NCBI GenBank assembly: GCA_041584215.1
Contig: JBFHEM010000020.1
Location: forward strand, 1,568 to 65,567
Origin: Tichowtungia sp.
GTDB taxonomy: Bacteria > Verrucomicrobiota > Kiritimatiellia > Kiritimatiellales > Tichowtungiaceae
Reading direction: 5' to 3'
DNA: 64,000 nucleotides
The stretch's first letter is position 1. Every line of letters starts with the position of its first letter. Shown here in pieces: positions 21,299-30,376 of this stretch. The position numbers and the translations under genes are program-made. A model generated the notes under the pieces. The model was not told the DNA's origin and ran no database searches. It saw nothing but the letters and a program-made list of their open reading frames with translations.

Positions 21299-22420
21299 AT
21301 GTTAGAAGAACTCAAACCTCAAATCGCCTCCGTTCGCGAGCGCCTGACCGATATGCAGAGCTATCTCGGCATCACGGAAAAACGCGCCGAACTCGAAAAA
21401 CTCGAAGCCGAAGCCGCCGCGCCCGACTTCTGGAACCATCAGGCCGCCGCCAATGCCAACATCGCCGCCGCCAAAGACCTCAAAACCGTTCTCGATCCCT
21501 TTCAGCAGGTCGAGGCGCTGCTCGACGATGCCGAAGTCATGCTCGAGCTCGCTGAAGCCGAGGACGAAGCCGGACAGCAGAGCGGCGAGGCGGAAATTCA
21601 GGAAATCTTCACCGAGTGCGAAGGCCTTTTCAAAAAGCTGGAAATGCAGTCGCTGCTCGGCGGCGAAATGGACGGCCGCAACGCCTACCTCACCCTGCAC
21701 GCCGGCGCCGGCGGCACCGAAAGCTGCGACTGGGCCGACATCCTCTACCGCATGTACACCCGCTACGCCGAGCGCCACGGCTTCAAAGTCGACGTGCTCG
21801 ATTACCAGCCCGGAGAAGAAGCCGGCATCAAATCCGTCGCCTTCCAGATCTCCGGCCCCTACGCCTACGGCAACCTCAAAGGCGAGCGCGGAGTCCACCG
21901 CCTCGTGCGCATCAGCCCCTTCGACTCCGCCTCGCGCCGCCACACCTCCTTTGTCGCTCTCGACGTCACCGCCGAGCTCGACGACGATATCAGCATCGAG
22001 ATCGCCGACAGCGAGCTGCGCATCGACACCTACCGCGCGCAGGGCGCCGGCGGCCAGCATGTCAACACCACCGACTCCGCCGTCCGCATGGTCCATCTGC
22101 CCACCGGCATCACCGTCCAGTGTCAGGCCGAACGCTCGCAGCACAAAAACCGCGACAAAGCCCTAAAAATGCTCAAAGCCAAACTCTACGAGCACGAGAT
22201 GGACAAGCAGCGCAAGGCCACCGAGCAGCTCTACGGCAACAAAGGGGAGATTGCCTGGGGCTCGCAGATCCGCTCCTACGTCATGCAGCCCTATACCATG
22301 GTCAAAGACCACCGCACCGACGAACAGGTCGGCAACGTCCAGGGCGTGCTCGACGGCAAAATCGACCCCTTCATCGAGGCCTACCTCAAAATGAAACAAA
22401 AAGAGGCCGCAGAAAAGTAA
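21299..22420 (+). CDS. prfB: Peptide chain release factor 2 (no programmed frameshift)
   Basis: GAGGTES.DW, SPF anticodon motif, GGQ; continuous ORF. Confidence 0.96.
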   Translation: MLEELKPQIASVRERLTDMQSYLGITEKRAELEKLEAEAAAPDFWNHQAAANANIAAAKDLKTVLDPFQQVEALLDDAEVMLELAEAEDEAGQQSGEAEIQEIFTECEGLFKKLEMQSLLGGEMDGRNAYLTLHAGAGGTESCDWADILYRMYTRYAERHGFKVDVLDYQPGEEAGIKSVAFQISGPYAYGNLKGERGVHRLVRISPFDSASRRHTSFVALDVTAELDDDISIEIADSELRIDTYRAQGAGGQHVNTTDSAVRMVHLPTGITVQCQAERSQHKNRDKALKMLKAKLYEHEMDKQRKATEQLYGNKGEIAWGSQIRSYVMQPYTMVKDHRTDEQVGNVQGVLDGKIDPFIEAYLKMKQKEAAEK

Positions 22421-22487
22421 AGTAGGTAGGATAGGCTTCCAGCCGGTCTATCCCCGAATAGAGCCGAGGTGTTTGAGAAAATATTGA

Positions 22488-22560
22488 AACCGCAAAAGAA
22501 CGCAGAGAACGCAAAAAATACACGGCCTCATTTCGATGCGCTCCTTGCGTTCTTTCGCGG
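22488..22560. repeat. 9-mer-based inverted repeat (CGCAAAGAA-type)
   Basis: ACCGCAAAAGAACGCAGAGAACGCAAA ... TGCGCTCCTTGCGTTCTTTCGCGG; relatives at 42656-42724 and 48752-48818. Confidence 0.7.
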
Positions 22561-22585
22561 CGAATAAATATGCAGAGGAACTGAA

Positions 22586-23401
22586 ATGGACATTTTGTCA
22601 GAAATTGTAGCTCACAAGCGCGTCGAAATCGAACAGCCCGGCTATTTCCAAACCCTGGAAAAAGTCGTCGACGAACTTCCGCACGTCGGAACCTCGTGCG
22701 AGGGGTGCGACGGCAAGCCCGCCCGCATGCCGGTGCCTGATTTTATCGGGGCGCTGACGTCGGTTCCAATGGGTCTCATCGCCGAAGTCAAACGGAAGTC
22801 GCCGTCGGCCGGTCCCATCCGCGAACCCTTCGAGCCGGCCGCAATCGCCCGTGCCTACGAAGCCGCCGGCGCACAGGCCGTCTCCTGCCTGATGGATTCC
22901 AAATACTTCGGCGGCGGCGAAGACCAGTGGAACGAAGTGCGCGCCGCAACGGCCCTGCCGATGCTCTACAAGGAATTCGTCATCGACCCGCGCCAGATCT
23001 TTCACGCCGAAGCGCTGGGTGCCTCCGCCGTGCTGCTCATTGTCGCCGCCCTGACAGACCCGGAGCTGGCATCCTTTATTCAGCTGGTCGAAGCCTCCGG
23101 CATGACCCCGCTGGTTGAAGTGCACACCGAAGAGGAGATGAAGCGCGCCGTCGCCGCCGAAGCCAAATGCATCGGCATCAACAACCGCAACCTGAAAACC
23201 TTCGAAACCAAAATCGATACCACGCTCAGGCTGCGCAAGCTCGCCCCGGCGGACTGCACCCTCATCAGCGAAAGCGGCATCCGCACCGCCGAGGATATCC
23301 AGACGCTTCAGGCCGCCGGCATCGCCGCCGTCCTCGTCGGCGAAAGCCTCCTGCGCCGGGCCGACCTCCCGGCCGCAGTCAGGCAGCTGATGTCATTTTA
23401 A
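22586..23401 (+). CDS. trpC: Indole-3-glycerol-phosphate synthase
   Basis: IAEVKRKSPSAG, LVEVH..EE, GINNRNLKTF, SESGI, LVGESL. Confidence 0.96.
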   Translation: MDILSEIVAHKRVEIEQPGYFQTLEKVVDELPHVGTSCEGCDGKPARMPVPDFIGALTSVPMGLIAEVKRKSPSAGPIREPFEPAAIARAYEAAGAQAVSCLMDSKYFGGGEDQWNEVRAATALPMLYKEFVIDPRQIFHAEALGASAVLLIVAALTDPELASFIQLVEASGMTPLVEVHTEEEMKRAVAAEAKCIGINNRNLKTFETKIDTTLRLRKLAPADCTLISESGIRTAEDIQTLQAAGIAAVLVGESLLRRADLPAAVRQLMSF

Positions 23402-23607
23402 TCCCGGGTTCATACGGCGTTCTCCCTGTCGAAGCATCGTGCTCCTTTTAGAAAAAATGACTTCTGGTCTCTGACTTCCGTCCGCTGGAACTCCTGTGGC
23501 CAGGCGCCCGTGATATCTTTTTTGGTGGAAAGTTATATTGCCGTCCATTAACGGTTAAGGTATCTTATCTCGTTTTTTTAAAAGTAGACAAATAAGGAGA
23601 ATACATC

Positions 23608-23784
23608 ATGGCAACAAATCCCGTTGGAAAAGGCACCAAGACGATTGGCATCAACATGGACAAAAAAATGGCAGACGATCTCGAAAAACGAGCCGCCTCC
23701 ATGCACATTTCCAAGAGCAACTACTGCAAGATCATTCTTCGGCAGTGGGTTGAGTCCGGCAAAAAGCTGACGCTTTCGGAATAA
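23608..23784 (+). CDS. Small ribbon-helix-helix-like DNA-binding protein (58 aa, absent from the ORF track)
   Basis: AAGGAG RBS; MATNPVGKGTKTIGINMDKKMADDLEKRAASMHISKSNYCKIILRQWVESGKKLTLSE; strand-helix-helix pattern; terminator follows. Confidence 0.75.
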   Translation: MATNPVGKGTKTIGINMDKKMADDLEKRAASMHISKSNYCKIILRQWVESGKKLTLSE

Positions 23785-23807
23785 TTGTTCCGATCATCAA
23801 CATGCGG

Positions 23808-23832
23808 AAGGGAGGGTGATTCCTCCCTTTTT
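23808..23832 (+). terminator. Rho-independent terminator
   Basis: AAGGGAGG-GTGATT-CCTCCCTT-TTT. Confidence 0.7.
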
Positions 23833-23879
23833 CGCGCCCATTCGTGTCGTGCGCGGGCAACGCGGTTTCTGCAAATGCT

Positions 23880-24704
23880 CTACGAGAGCCTTTTTCCGCA
23901 GTGCTTGCAGTGCGCCGCATCCGGGTCATGGTCCGCACGTCCGCAGGCCGGGCAGGTTTTGGCGCACGCGTTGCGGACCGAGGCGCGGCCGACTTCCGCC
24001 GAGAGGATCCCCGTTGGCACCGCGATGATGCTGTAGCCGATAATCATAATGCAGGCCGCCAGGGTCTGCCCGAGTCCGGTTTGCGGGGAGATATCGCCGT
24101 ACCCGACGGTGGTCAGGGTGACCACCGCCCAGTAGATCCCCACCGGTATGCTGGTGAATCCGTTTTCCGCCCCTTCAATCACGTACATCAGCGAGCCGAG
24201 AATCACCACCAGCGTCAGAACGGTGAACAGAAAGATGCCGATCTTGCGCCGGCTCGCCGCCAGCGCGTTGAGCAGCAGATCCCCGTCGTTGACGTACTGC
24301 ACCATCTTCATCACCCGAAAGATGCGCAGCATCCGCAGGATGCGGATCACATCCAGGAAACGCGTGCCGGGAATCAGCAGGCTGAGATAGGCCGGCAGAA
24401 CCGCCAGCAGGTCGACAACCCCGAAAAAGCTGCGCGCGTAGCGAACCGGGTTCTTCGCGCAGTACAGGCGCAGGCCGTATTCGACACTGAACAGCACGGT
24501 GAACAGCCAGTTGGCCGTGCTGAGCCACGGTCCCCATGTCAGCCGAATGGACTCCACGCTGTTGAGAATCGTCGCCGCCACACTCAGCAGGATGGCGATG
24601 AACAGCGCCACATCGAACAGCTTGCCGCCGCGCGTCTCGGCCTCAAAAATAATTTCGTACAGCCGCTGCCGGCGCGCGCTTCGTTCTGTTTCGTTTGAAT
24701 GCAT
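23880..24704 (-). CDS. Voltage-gated potassium channel-like ion transporter
   Basis: RILRMLRIFR S4-like helix, TTVGYGD selectivity filter, C-terminal CxxC..CxxC. Confidence 0.9.
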   Translation of the reverse strand: MHSNETERSARRQRLYEIIFEAETRGGKLFDVALFIAILLSVAATILNSVESIRLTWGPWLSTANWLFTVLFSVEYGLRLYCAKNPVRYARSFFGVVDLLAVLPAYLSLLIPGTRFLDVIRILRMLRIFRVMKMVQYVNDGDLLLNALAASRRKIGIFLFTVLTLVVILGSLMYVIEGAENGFTSIPVGIYWAVVTLTTVGYGDISPQTGLGQTLAACIMIIGYSIIAVPTGILSAEVGRASVRNACAKTCPACGRADHDPDAAHCKHCGKRLS

Positions 24705-24854
24705 CGCCTCAGCGTAACCTCTTGGAAGGAGGTTGCACAAATGTTATCCGCGTCAAGTATCACACTCGCGCAAGTGTAATACTTGCAGGCTGCGCCTGAA
24801 GCCGCCCTGCTGATATTTCTTTTGAAAGCACCCGGATCGGGATAGGCTGTGCTC

Positions 24855-25694
24855 ATGAATACGGCACTTTTCTTGATCGTTGCGGGGTCGATTACAACCT
24901 CTGTGGCGGCCTGTGTTCTCCGGTGGCGATACCGGCTGCGCCGTGAGCGGAAACTGCGAGCGACTCCGCCGCCGCCGTCGTGGCATGCCATTCTGAATCA
25001 GAATTTTGAACTGGTGCAGCGGCTGACCGACGAACAGCGCCAACAGCTGTTCGGGACCATGCAGCTCTTTCTGGACCGCTTCCACTTTGAGGGGTGCGGC
25101 GGGCAGGAGATCACGGAAGAGATCAAGGTGACGATTGCCGCGCAGGCCTGCCTGCTTCTCATCGGTCGGGAACAAAGGGTTTATCCGAAGTTGAAAACCA
25201 TTCTGGTCTATCCGCATGCCTACACCTCCGGGCAGAAAGGCATGTTCGGGGGCGATAACGGCGAGGGATCCCGGCTGGGCGAATCCTGGCCGTGCGGCGT
25301 GGTGGTGCTGGCCTGGGACAGCGTGCTGGGCGGGGCCCGCAATCTGGAAGATGGACACAACGTGACCATGCACGAGTTTGCCCATCAGCTCGATCAGGTC
25401 GACGGCGCCGCCGACGGGGCCCCGATTCTCGGCAGCCGCTCCGCCTATACCGCCTGGGCCAAAGTGCTGTCGGCCGATTACGCCAAACTCCGCAAAGCGA
25501 CTGAGCGGGGCAGACAGGATGTCATCGACAGCTATGGCGCCACCAACCCCGCCGAATTTTTCGCGGTCGCCACCGAAACCTTCTTTGAAAAACCCGGACA
25601 GCTGCGGGACAATCATCCCGAGCTCTATGAAGAGCTCCGCCGCTGCTACGAAGTCAACCCGCTCGACTGGGTCAGTCAGGCTGCGCAGAAATGA
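24855..25694 (+). CDS. MtfA-like zinc peptidase (M90)
   Basis: IAAQACLL, NV.MHEFAHQLD, YGATNPAEFFAV.TE.FF. Confidence 0.88.
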   Translation: MNTALFLIVAGSITTSVAACVLRWRYRLRRERKLRATPPPPSWHAILNQNFELVQRLTDEQRQQLFGTMQLFLDRFHFEGCGGQEITEEIKVTIAAQACLLLIGREQRVYPKLKTILVYPHAYTSGQKGMFGGDNGEGSRLGESWPCGVVVLAWDSVLGGARNLEDGHNVTMHEFAHQLDQVDGAADGAPILGSRSAYTAWAKVLSADYAKLRKATERGRQDVIDSYGATNPAEFFAVATETFFEKPGQLRDNHPELYEELRRCYEVNPLDWVSQAAQK

Positions 25695-26902
25695 AACGAC
25701 TGCTTAACCTCATTCTTCTGACCGCCCTGCTGCTGGGTCTGCCGCTGGCCGGCGTGATCTTCGCCGGCCACAGTGCGCTGGACTACCTGCAATTTCCTCC
25801 GCGCACACGAACGGTCGAACACGCTCCCTTTTCATGGCCGGTCTTTGTCGGTCTGGCTCTCTTCATTCTCGCGGCGGTGCTCCCCTTTGTGGTTCGAATC
25901 CTGAAAAGCAGAAACACCTCCCCGATCCAGCGCGCGGTTCGTCCGTTTCCGTGGTGGGGATGGGCGGGGCTTCTCTTCGGCGCCGCTGCCTGGCTCCTGG
26001 CCTGGACGCGGTTCGACTGGTTTTCTCCGCTTCAGCGGCACACATTCATCCTGCCTTGGATTGCCTACATCATCACGGTCAACGCACTCACTTTTCGCCG
26101 CACCGGACGCTGTCTGCTGACGCACAGCACAAACTGTTTTCTCCATTTGTTTCCGCTCAGTGCCGCCTTTTGGTGGTTTTTTGAATACCTGAACCGGTTC
26201 GTGCAAAACTGGTATTACACGGCGTGCGACGATTTGTCCGGTATGCAGTATTTCTTCGCGGCCACGCTTCCGTTCGCCACCGTTTTGCCGGCGGTGCTTT
26301 CGACCGAAGAGTGTCTCGCCACCTGCCCGCGGATGACCGCCGGACTGGAAAACTTCCTGCCCGTCCGCATCAAGCGCCCGCGTCTCGCGGCCGGCATCAC
26401 ATTCACGGTTTCCGCCGCCGGGCTCTTCTTGATCGGCTGGTTTCCGGATCAGCTGTTTCCCCTCCTGTGGGTCGCCCCGCTCCTGTTAATGATTAGTTTC
26501 CAAACCTTAGAAAACCAAAAGAATGGAGGCGCAGCCTCTTTCCGAGGTTTGGAAAATTCGGACGGAAAAGTTCCAAACCTTGGAAAACCGTACCGCAGGC
26601 GTCTCGCCTGCCCTCCATTGTTTGGGGGTCCTGAAAATGGCGACTGGCGCCGCGTTTTCCGGCTCTGCCTCGCGGCGCTTCTCTGCGGATTTTTCTGGGA
26701 AATGTGGAACATGTACAGCCTGTCGAAGTGGATCTACACCGTGCCCTATGTCAACCGGTTCCATGTCTTTGAAATGCCCGTTCTGGGCTACAGCGGCTAC
26801 CTGCCGTTCGGCCTGGAATGCGCGGTCATCGCGCAATGGCTGAGCTTTTGTCAGAAAAATAATGACCGCAGGGGTGCAAAAACACGAAGAGGACACACTT
26901 AA
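25691..26902 (+). CDS. Polytopic membrane protein of unknown function
   Basis: Many TM segments; WWFFEYLN...NW.Y, GFFWEMWN, FEMP.LGY.GY.PF repeats; carries a repeat-derived insertion. Confidence 0.8.
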   Translation: MKRLLNLILLTALLLGLPLAGVIFAGHSALDYLQFPPRTRTVEHAPFSWPVFVGLALFILAAVLPFVVRILKSRNTSPIQRAVRPFPWWGWAGLLFGAAAWLLAWTRFDWFSPLQRHTFILPWIAYIITVNALTFRRTGRCLLTHSTNCFLHLFPLSAAFWWFFEYLNRFVQNWYYTACDDLSGMQYFFAATLPFATVLPAVLSTEECLATCPRMTAGLENFLPVRIKRPRLAAGITFTVSAAGLFLIGWFPDQLFPLLWVAPLLLMISFQTLENQKNGGAASFRGLENSDGKVPNLGKPYRRRLACPPLFGGPENGDWRRVFRLCLAALLCGFFWEMWNMYSLSKWIYTVPYVNRFHVFEMPVLGYSGYLPFGLECAVIAQWLSFCQKNNDRRGAKTRRGHT

Positions 26903-26978
26903 TTTTTTATCTATACAGGATAAATATGCGGCGAACGCGAAGCGGCCTCTGCTTTGCCTTTAATCATTCTGCCAAAAC

Positions 26979-27587
26979 TTATATTCCCGTTTGTTTAAAA
27001 GAGACGAAGCTGACGAGTCCGCCAAGAATTCCACCGGCATGAGAAATCGCGACCGCGTCTCCGACAGAGCCGAAGTGCAGAAAATCAAAAGCAATATGAC
27101 CGGAGATCCCTTCAAACATGCTCTTTAGAACAACGATCCAGAAGCAGGCCAGGCTGGTGCTGCGCAGGGTTCGATCCTCGGTTTGCATCATCTCGAGCGC
27201 GGAGACGGCCATCAGTCCGTGGGCGATCCCGGAAAGTCCGCACAGCCCTCCGGTGAGCGGCGACGCAATCCACGACGCGCCGAGACTCCCCGCCGCGGCG
27301 GCAACCACATAGAGCAGGCGGCGGCGGACCGAGGGTTCCAGCAGCCCGCGGTAGAGGAAGAGAAATGCGCCGGCGTCCAGCAGGAGGTGATACCCGCTCA
27401 CGTGCACAAACGGGAAGGTCAGTGTTCGCCACCACTCTCCGTCAAGAAACCGGTCGGGCAGAAAAACGAGCGGTTCACACACGCGACCGGTCAGCAGCAT
27501 ATAGTTAGCGGCCAGCAGTGCGGCAAGGAAGCCCCAGATCTCGGGGCGGGTTGGTTGTCCGGATATCGCGGTCATGCCGACTCTCAT
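26979..27587 (-). CDS. Rhombosortase-like rhomboid protease
   Basis: WWR..T..FVH....HL, GLSG catalytic Ser, SHAGG catalytic His; directly downstream of a gene with a C-terminal sorting tail. Confidence 0.82.
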   Translation of the reverse strand: MRVGMTAISGQPTRPEIWGFLAALLAANYMLLTGRVCEPLVFLPDRFLDGEWWRTLTFPFVHVSGYHLLLDAGAFLFLYRGLLEPSVRRRLLYVVAAAAGSLGASWIASPLTGGLCGLSGIAHGLMAVSALEMMQTEDRTLRSTSLACFWIVVLKSMFEGISGHIAFDFLHFGSVGDAVAISHAGGILGGLVSFVSFKQTGI

Positions 27588-27600
27588 TTACAATAAAGTT

Positions 27601-27638
27601 CTCTAATCCAGATTGACGATCGTCAATCTGGATTAGAG
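27601..27638. repeat. Perfect 38-bp palindrome; + strand terminator-like
   Basis: CTCTAATCCAGATTGACGA|TCGTCAATCTGGATTAGAG, followed by a T run on the + strand. Confidence 0.9.
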
Positions 27639-27650
27639 GTTTTTTTTGGT

Positions 27651-29624
27651 TCAGGCGGCCATCTTTTTGCGGCGGTTGAGCCAGGCGACGATTCCGATGA
27701 ATAGCGGACCGACCGGGCCGGTGCCGATGCCGGGAGAGCGGCGGTTGTTGAAGGTGTTCCCGTTGCTTACGCTATAGCTGCGGGTGGGCTGCACGGATCG
27801 TTGCTGCCGGGCGGCGCGTTCGCGTTGAACGCGCTCGCAGTTGCGACGCTGGATTCCTGCATTTTCCAACGCCTCATCGCTAAGCACGATCATGGAGGTG
27901 TAGTCCGTGACGAGAGAGTATTCGGTTCCGAGATCGACGATCTTTTGGCGGAGCGGTTTGGTTTCGCCCTCTTCCCGGACGGTTTCCATGGCTTTTTCGA
28001 TATGGGCCAGTGCCCACATGCGCTCCAGTTCCGGATTTTCTGTATCCACTTCCGGCAGGGTGGCTGTGCAGTGCCACTGTTTCTGTTCTCCGGAAATTTT
28101 TGCGTTGAGAGTCAGGGTGGCTTCTCCGGAACCGCTGTAGCGGCCGAATGCAACCAGCTGTTGTCCCATGAACAGGCTGCCCGCATTTTCCGGCGTGAGG
28201 TCGTGGACTTTTTCGCCGCTGAACTTCAGCTCCATATCGTGCATGCATTGGTGCAGCACCTTGATTTTGGCTTGAAGCAGCCGGCCGGCAATGTCGTCGG
28301 AGTCGGAAATGTTCATTGCGAAGCCGCCGGAATCTGCGGCGAGTCGATCCATCAGCGGCTGGTTGGCGCTGTTGCCCATCACAAAGGTAAACAGGCGGAT
28401 GTCATACTGCTTCAACAGGTTCAAAAATGATTTGTGCTCTGTAGGACCGACATTGCATACGCCGTCGGTGACCAGAATGATTCCTGTTGTGCGGTCTTCA
28501 TCCAGACTGCGATAGGCTTCTTTCAGCCCGTCGAACAGGGCGGTTCCACCGTTGGCCTGGATCTGCTTCACGTTATGAATCCATTGCTGTACGTTTTGCG
28601 GGGTGGCGGCCACAAACCCGCCGGTCAGGTCGCGGGCATGATTGTTAAACGTGATCAGCTTGAAGCGGTCGCCGGGGGACATCTTTCCGAGCACCTTCTC
28701 CACGCCTTTCGTGAGCGTCTGTAGTTTCCCGCCCGACATGCTGCCGGACACATCCAGAACGAAAATCCAATCAGAGCCTTCCGCGATCGGTTGAAGCGAG
28801 GCGGCGGGCGTGATGACCGCCATGAAGGTTCCGGATTCCTGTGCGGAGGCTTTGTACGGAACAATCTCGACCCGCGCCGGAACGGAGTCGTCCAGGCGGT
28901 AGTAGAACACAATATCGCGCGACAGCATTGCGCCGCCTTCGTTTTGCTCCAGCGCCACATCATAGACGCCGTTCGTGTGCGTGATCATCGCGAGCTGCTC
29001 ATAGCCGGGAGTGCGCACATCGGCGATCGGGAAAGCGGACTTGAGTTTCAGTCGAAGTGAAAAACATTCGTGAACCGTATCGTCCACTTCCCAAAAGGCA
29101 ATTCGTTCTTCATCAACACCGCCTTCCGCCAGCGGGTAGACATAGCGGCCAATATTCAGGTCGATATCCATCGGCTGGTAATACACCATGCGCACGAGCG
29201 TATCGGTTCCGGCCCGCACCCGGCCGATATGGATATCAAACGACTTGAAATCGTTCTTTTCCGCCAGCGCGGTGTCGTTGCCCTTGGCGGCCTGATCTTC
29301 ATAGATTTTTCGGGCGCGCTCCTTCTCAACAACATCGCCGATCACCTCGCTCCCGTTGATCCACAAGCTGATCTCCGAGAGGCTGGCCTTCCTTGGAATC
29401 GGAAACGAATAGATGGCTTCGTAGTCCATGTCCGAGTTGTTGCCGAAAACCTGTTCGACGGTTGTCTGTGCGAAGCCGTTGTTGATGACCACTTCGACAT
29501 GGTGTGATTTAATAAACGCTCCCCCATCGCCGCCTCCAATGGGCTTAATCAGTCCGGCTCCGTGGATGGAGGTGGCGGCGACCAGTACGGCGCTGCATAC
29601 GAGTTGGGTCCGTGAGTCTTTCAT
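27651..29624 (-). CDS. Secreted VIT + vWA domain protein with GlyGly-CTERM-like tail
   Basis: Signal peptide, VIT-like N-domain, MIDAS DVSGSM..GGT..TDG, tail GIGTGPVGPLFIGIVAWLNRRKK. Confidence 0.88.
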   Translation of the reverse strand: MKDSRTQLVCSAVLVAATSIHGAGLIKPIGGGDGGAFIKSHHVEVVINNGFAQTTVEQVFGNNSDMDYEAIYSFPIPRKASLSEISLWINGSEVIGDVVEKERARKIYEDQAAKGNDTALAEKNDFKSFDIHIGRVRAGTDTLVRMVYYQPMDIDLNIGRYVYPLAEGGVDEERIAFWEVDDTVHECFSLRLKLKSAFPIADVRTPGYEQLAMITHTNGVYDVALEQNEGGAMLSRDIVFYYRLDDSVPARVEIVPYKASAQESGTFMAVITPAASLQPIAEGSDWIFVLDVSGSMSGGKLQTLTKGVEKVLGKMSPGDRFKLITFNNHARDLTGGFVAATPQNVQQWIHNVKQIQANGGTALFDGLKEAYRSLDEDRTTGIILVTDGVCNVGPTEHKSFLNLLKQYDIRLFTFVMGNSANQPLMDRLAADSGGFAMNISDSDDIAGRLLQAKIKVLHQCMHDMELKFSGEKVHDLTPENAGSLFMGQQLVAFGRYSGSGEATLTLNAKISGEQKQWHCTATLPEVDTENPELERMWALAHIEKAMETVREEGETKPLRQKIVDLGTEYSLVTDYTSMIVLSDEALENAGIQRRNCERVQRERAARQQRSVQPTRSYSVSNGNTFNNRRSPGIGTGPVGPLFIGIVAWLNRRKKMAA

Positions 29625-30376
29625 CTGCTTTCTCCTTTTTTGAACGCTCCGTCTTTCAGGAACGCGATGGTTTGGTTGATCACCTGCCGATTGCGCATCA
29701 TGCAGGCGTGGGTGACATGCAGGCGGATGAAGTCGGCCTCATGGCCGGATCGGACTCGGGCGAGCGACACCTTGCCGTCGTCCGGGCCGGGAATCAGCAA
29801 AGAGAGAATCGGGTTGATCGTGCGGTCGCCCGCAATGATGCCCAGTTCAAACTCCGGAGCCTTCAGCCGGAGCGGGTGGCTTCGGGTTCCGGTGCCCAGC
29901 TGATTCCCGGCCGGACCATTGATCCATTGATACAACTTGATGCTGCCAAGCTGATCGGGCACTTCGCTGCCGCGGCTCGGCGGCGCCAGCATCACCACGT
30001 TTCCAAGGGTTGGAAAATCGTGCTTTTCCAGATAGGTGCGCAGCAGAATTCCGCCCATGGAATGGGTCACAAAATGGACAGGGTTCCGGGTGTCGAGTGT
30101 CGGAACCAGAGACTCAAAAACCTGCTCGGTCAATCTGTCAATCGGTGCGGAGCGCGAGGGGTAATCGACATTGATCACGTTGTAGCCTTCAGCCGCGAGC
30201 GCCTTTTCCATTTTCGCCATTGAGCGGCTGGTGCGGCACAGGCCGTGGAGCAGCACAACGGTTTCGTTTTTGGCAGGGACAGACCGCCGGGCTGTCCGCA
30301 GCGGCGCGCTCGGCGAGCACGCCCTGCCGGTTGCAATAGCAATCAGGACCATTAGAACAATAAGTGTCATTTTCAT
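29621..30376 (-). CDS. Secreted alpha/beta-hydrolase (lipase-like)
   Basis: VVLLHGL, VTHSMGG, GPDDGKV, H; ATGA overlaps with both neighbours. Confidence 0.85.
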   Translation of the reverse strand: MKMTLIVLMVLIAIATGRACSPSAPLRTARRSVPAKNETVVLLHGLCRTSRSMAKMEKALAAEGYNVINVDYPSRSAPIDRLTEQVFESLVPTLDTRNPVHFVTHSMGGILLRTYLEKHDFPTLGNVVMLAPPSRGSEVPDQLGSIKLYQWINGPAGNQLGTGTRSHPLRLKAPEFELGIIAGDRTINPILSLLIPGPDDGKVSLARVRSGHEADFIRLHVTHACMMRNRQVINQTIAFLKDGAFKKGESR

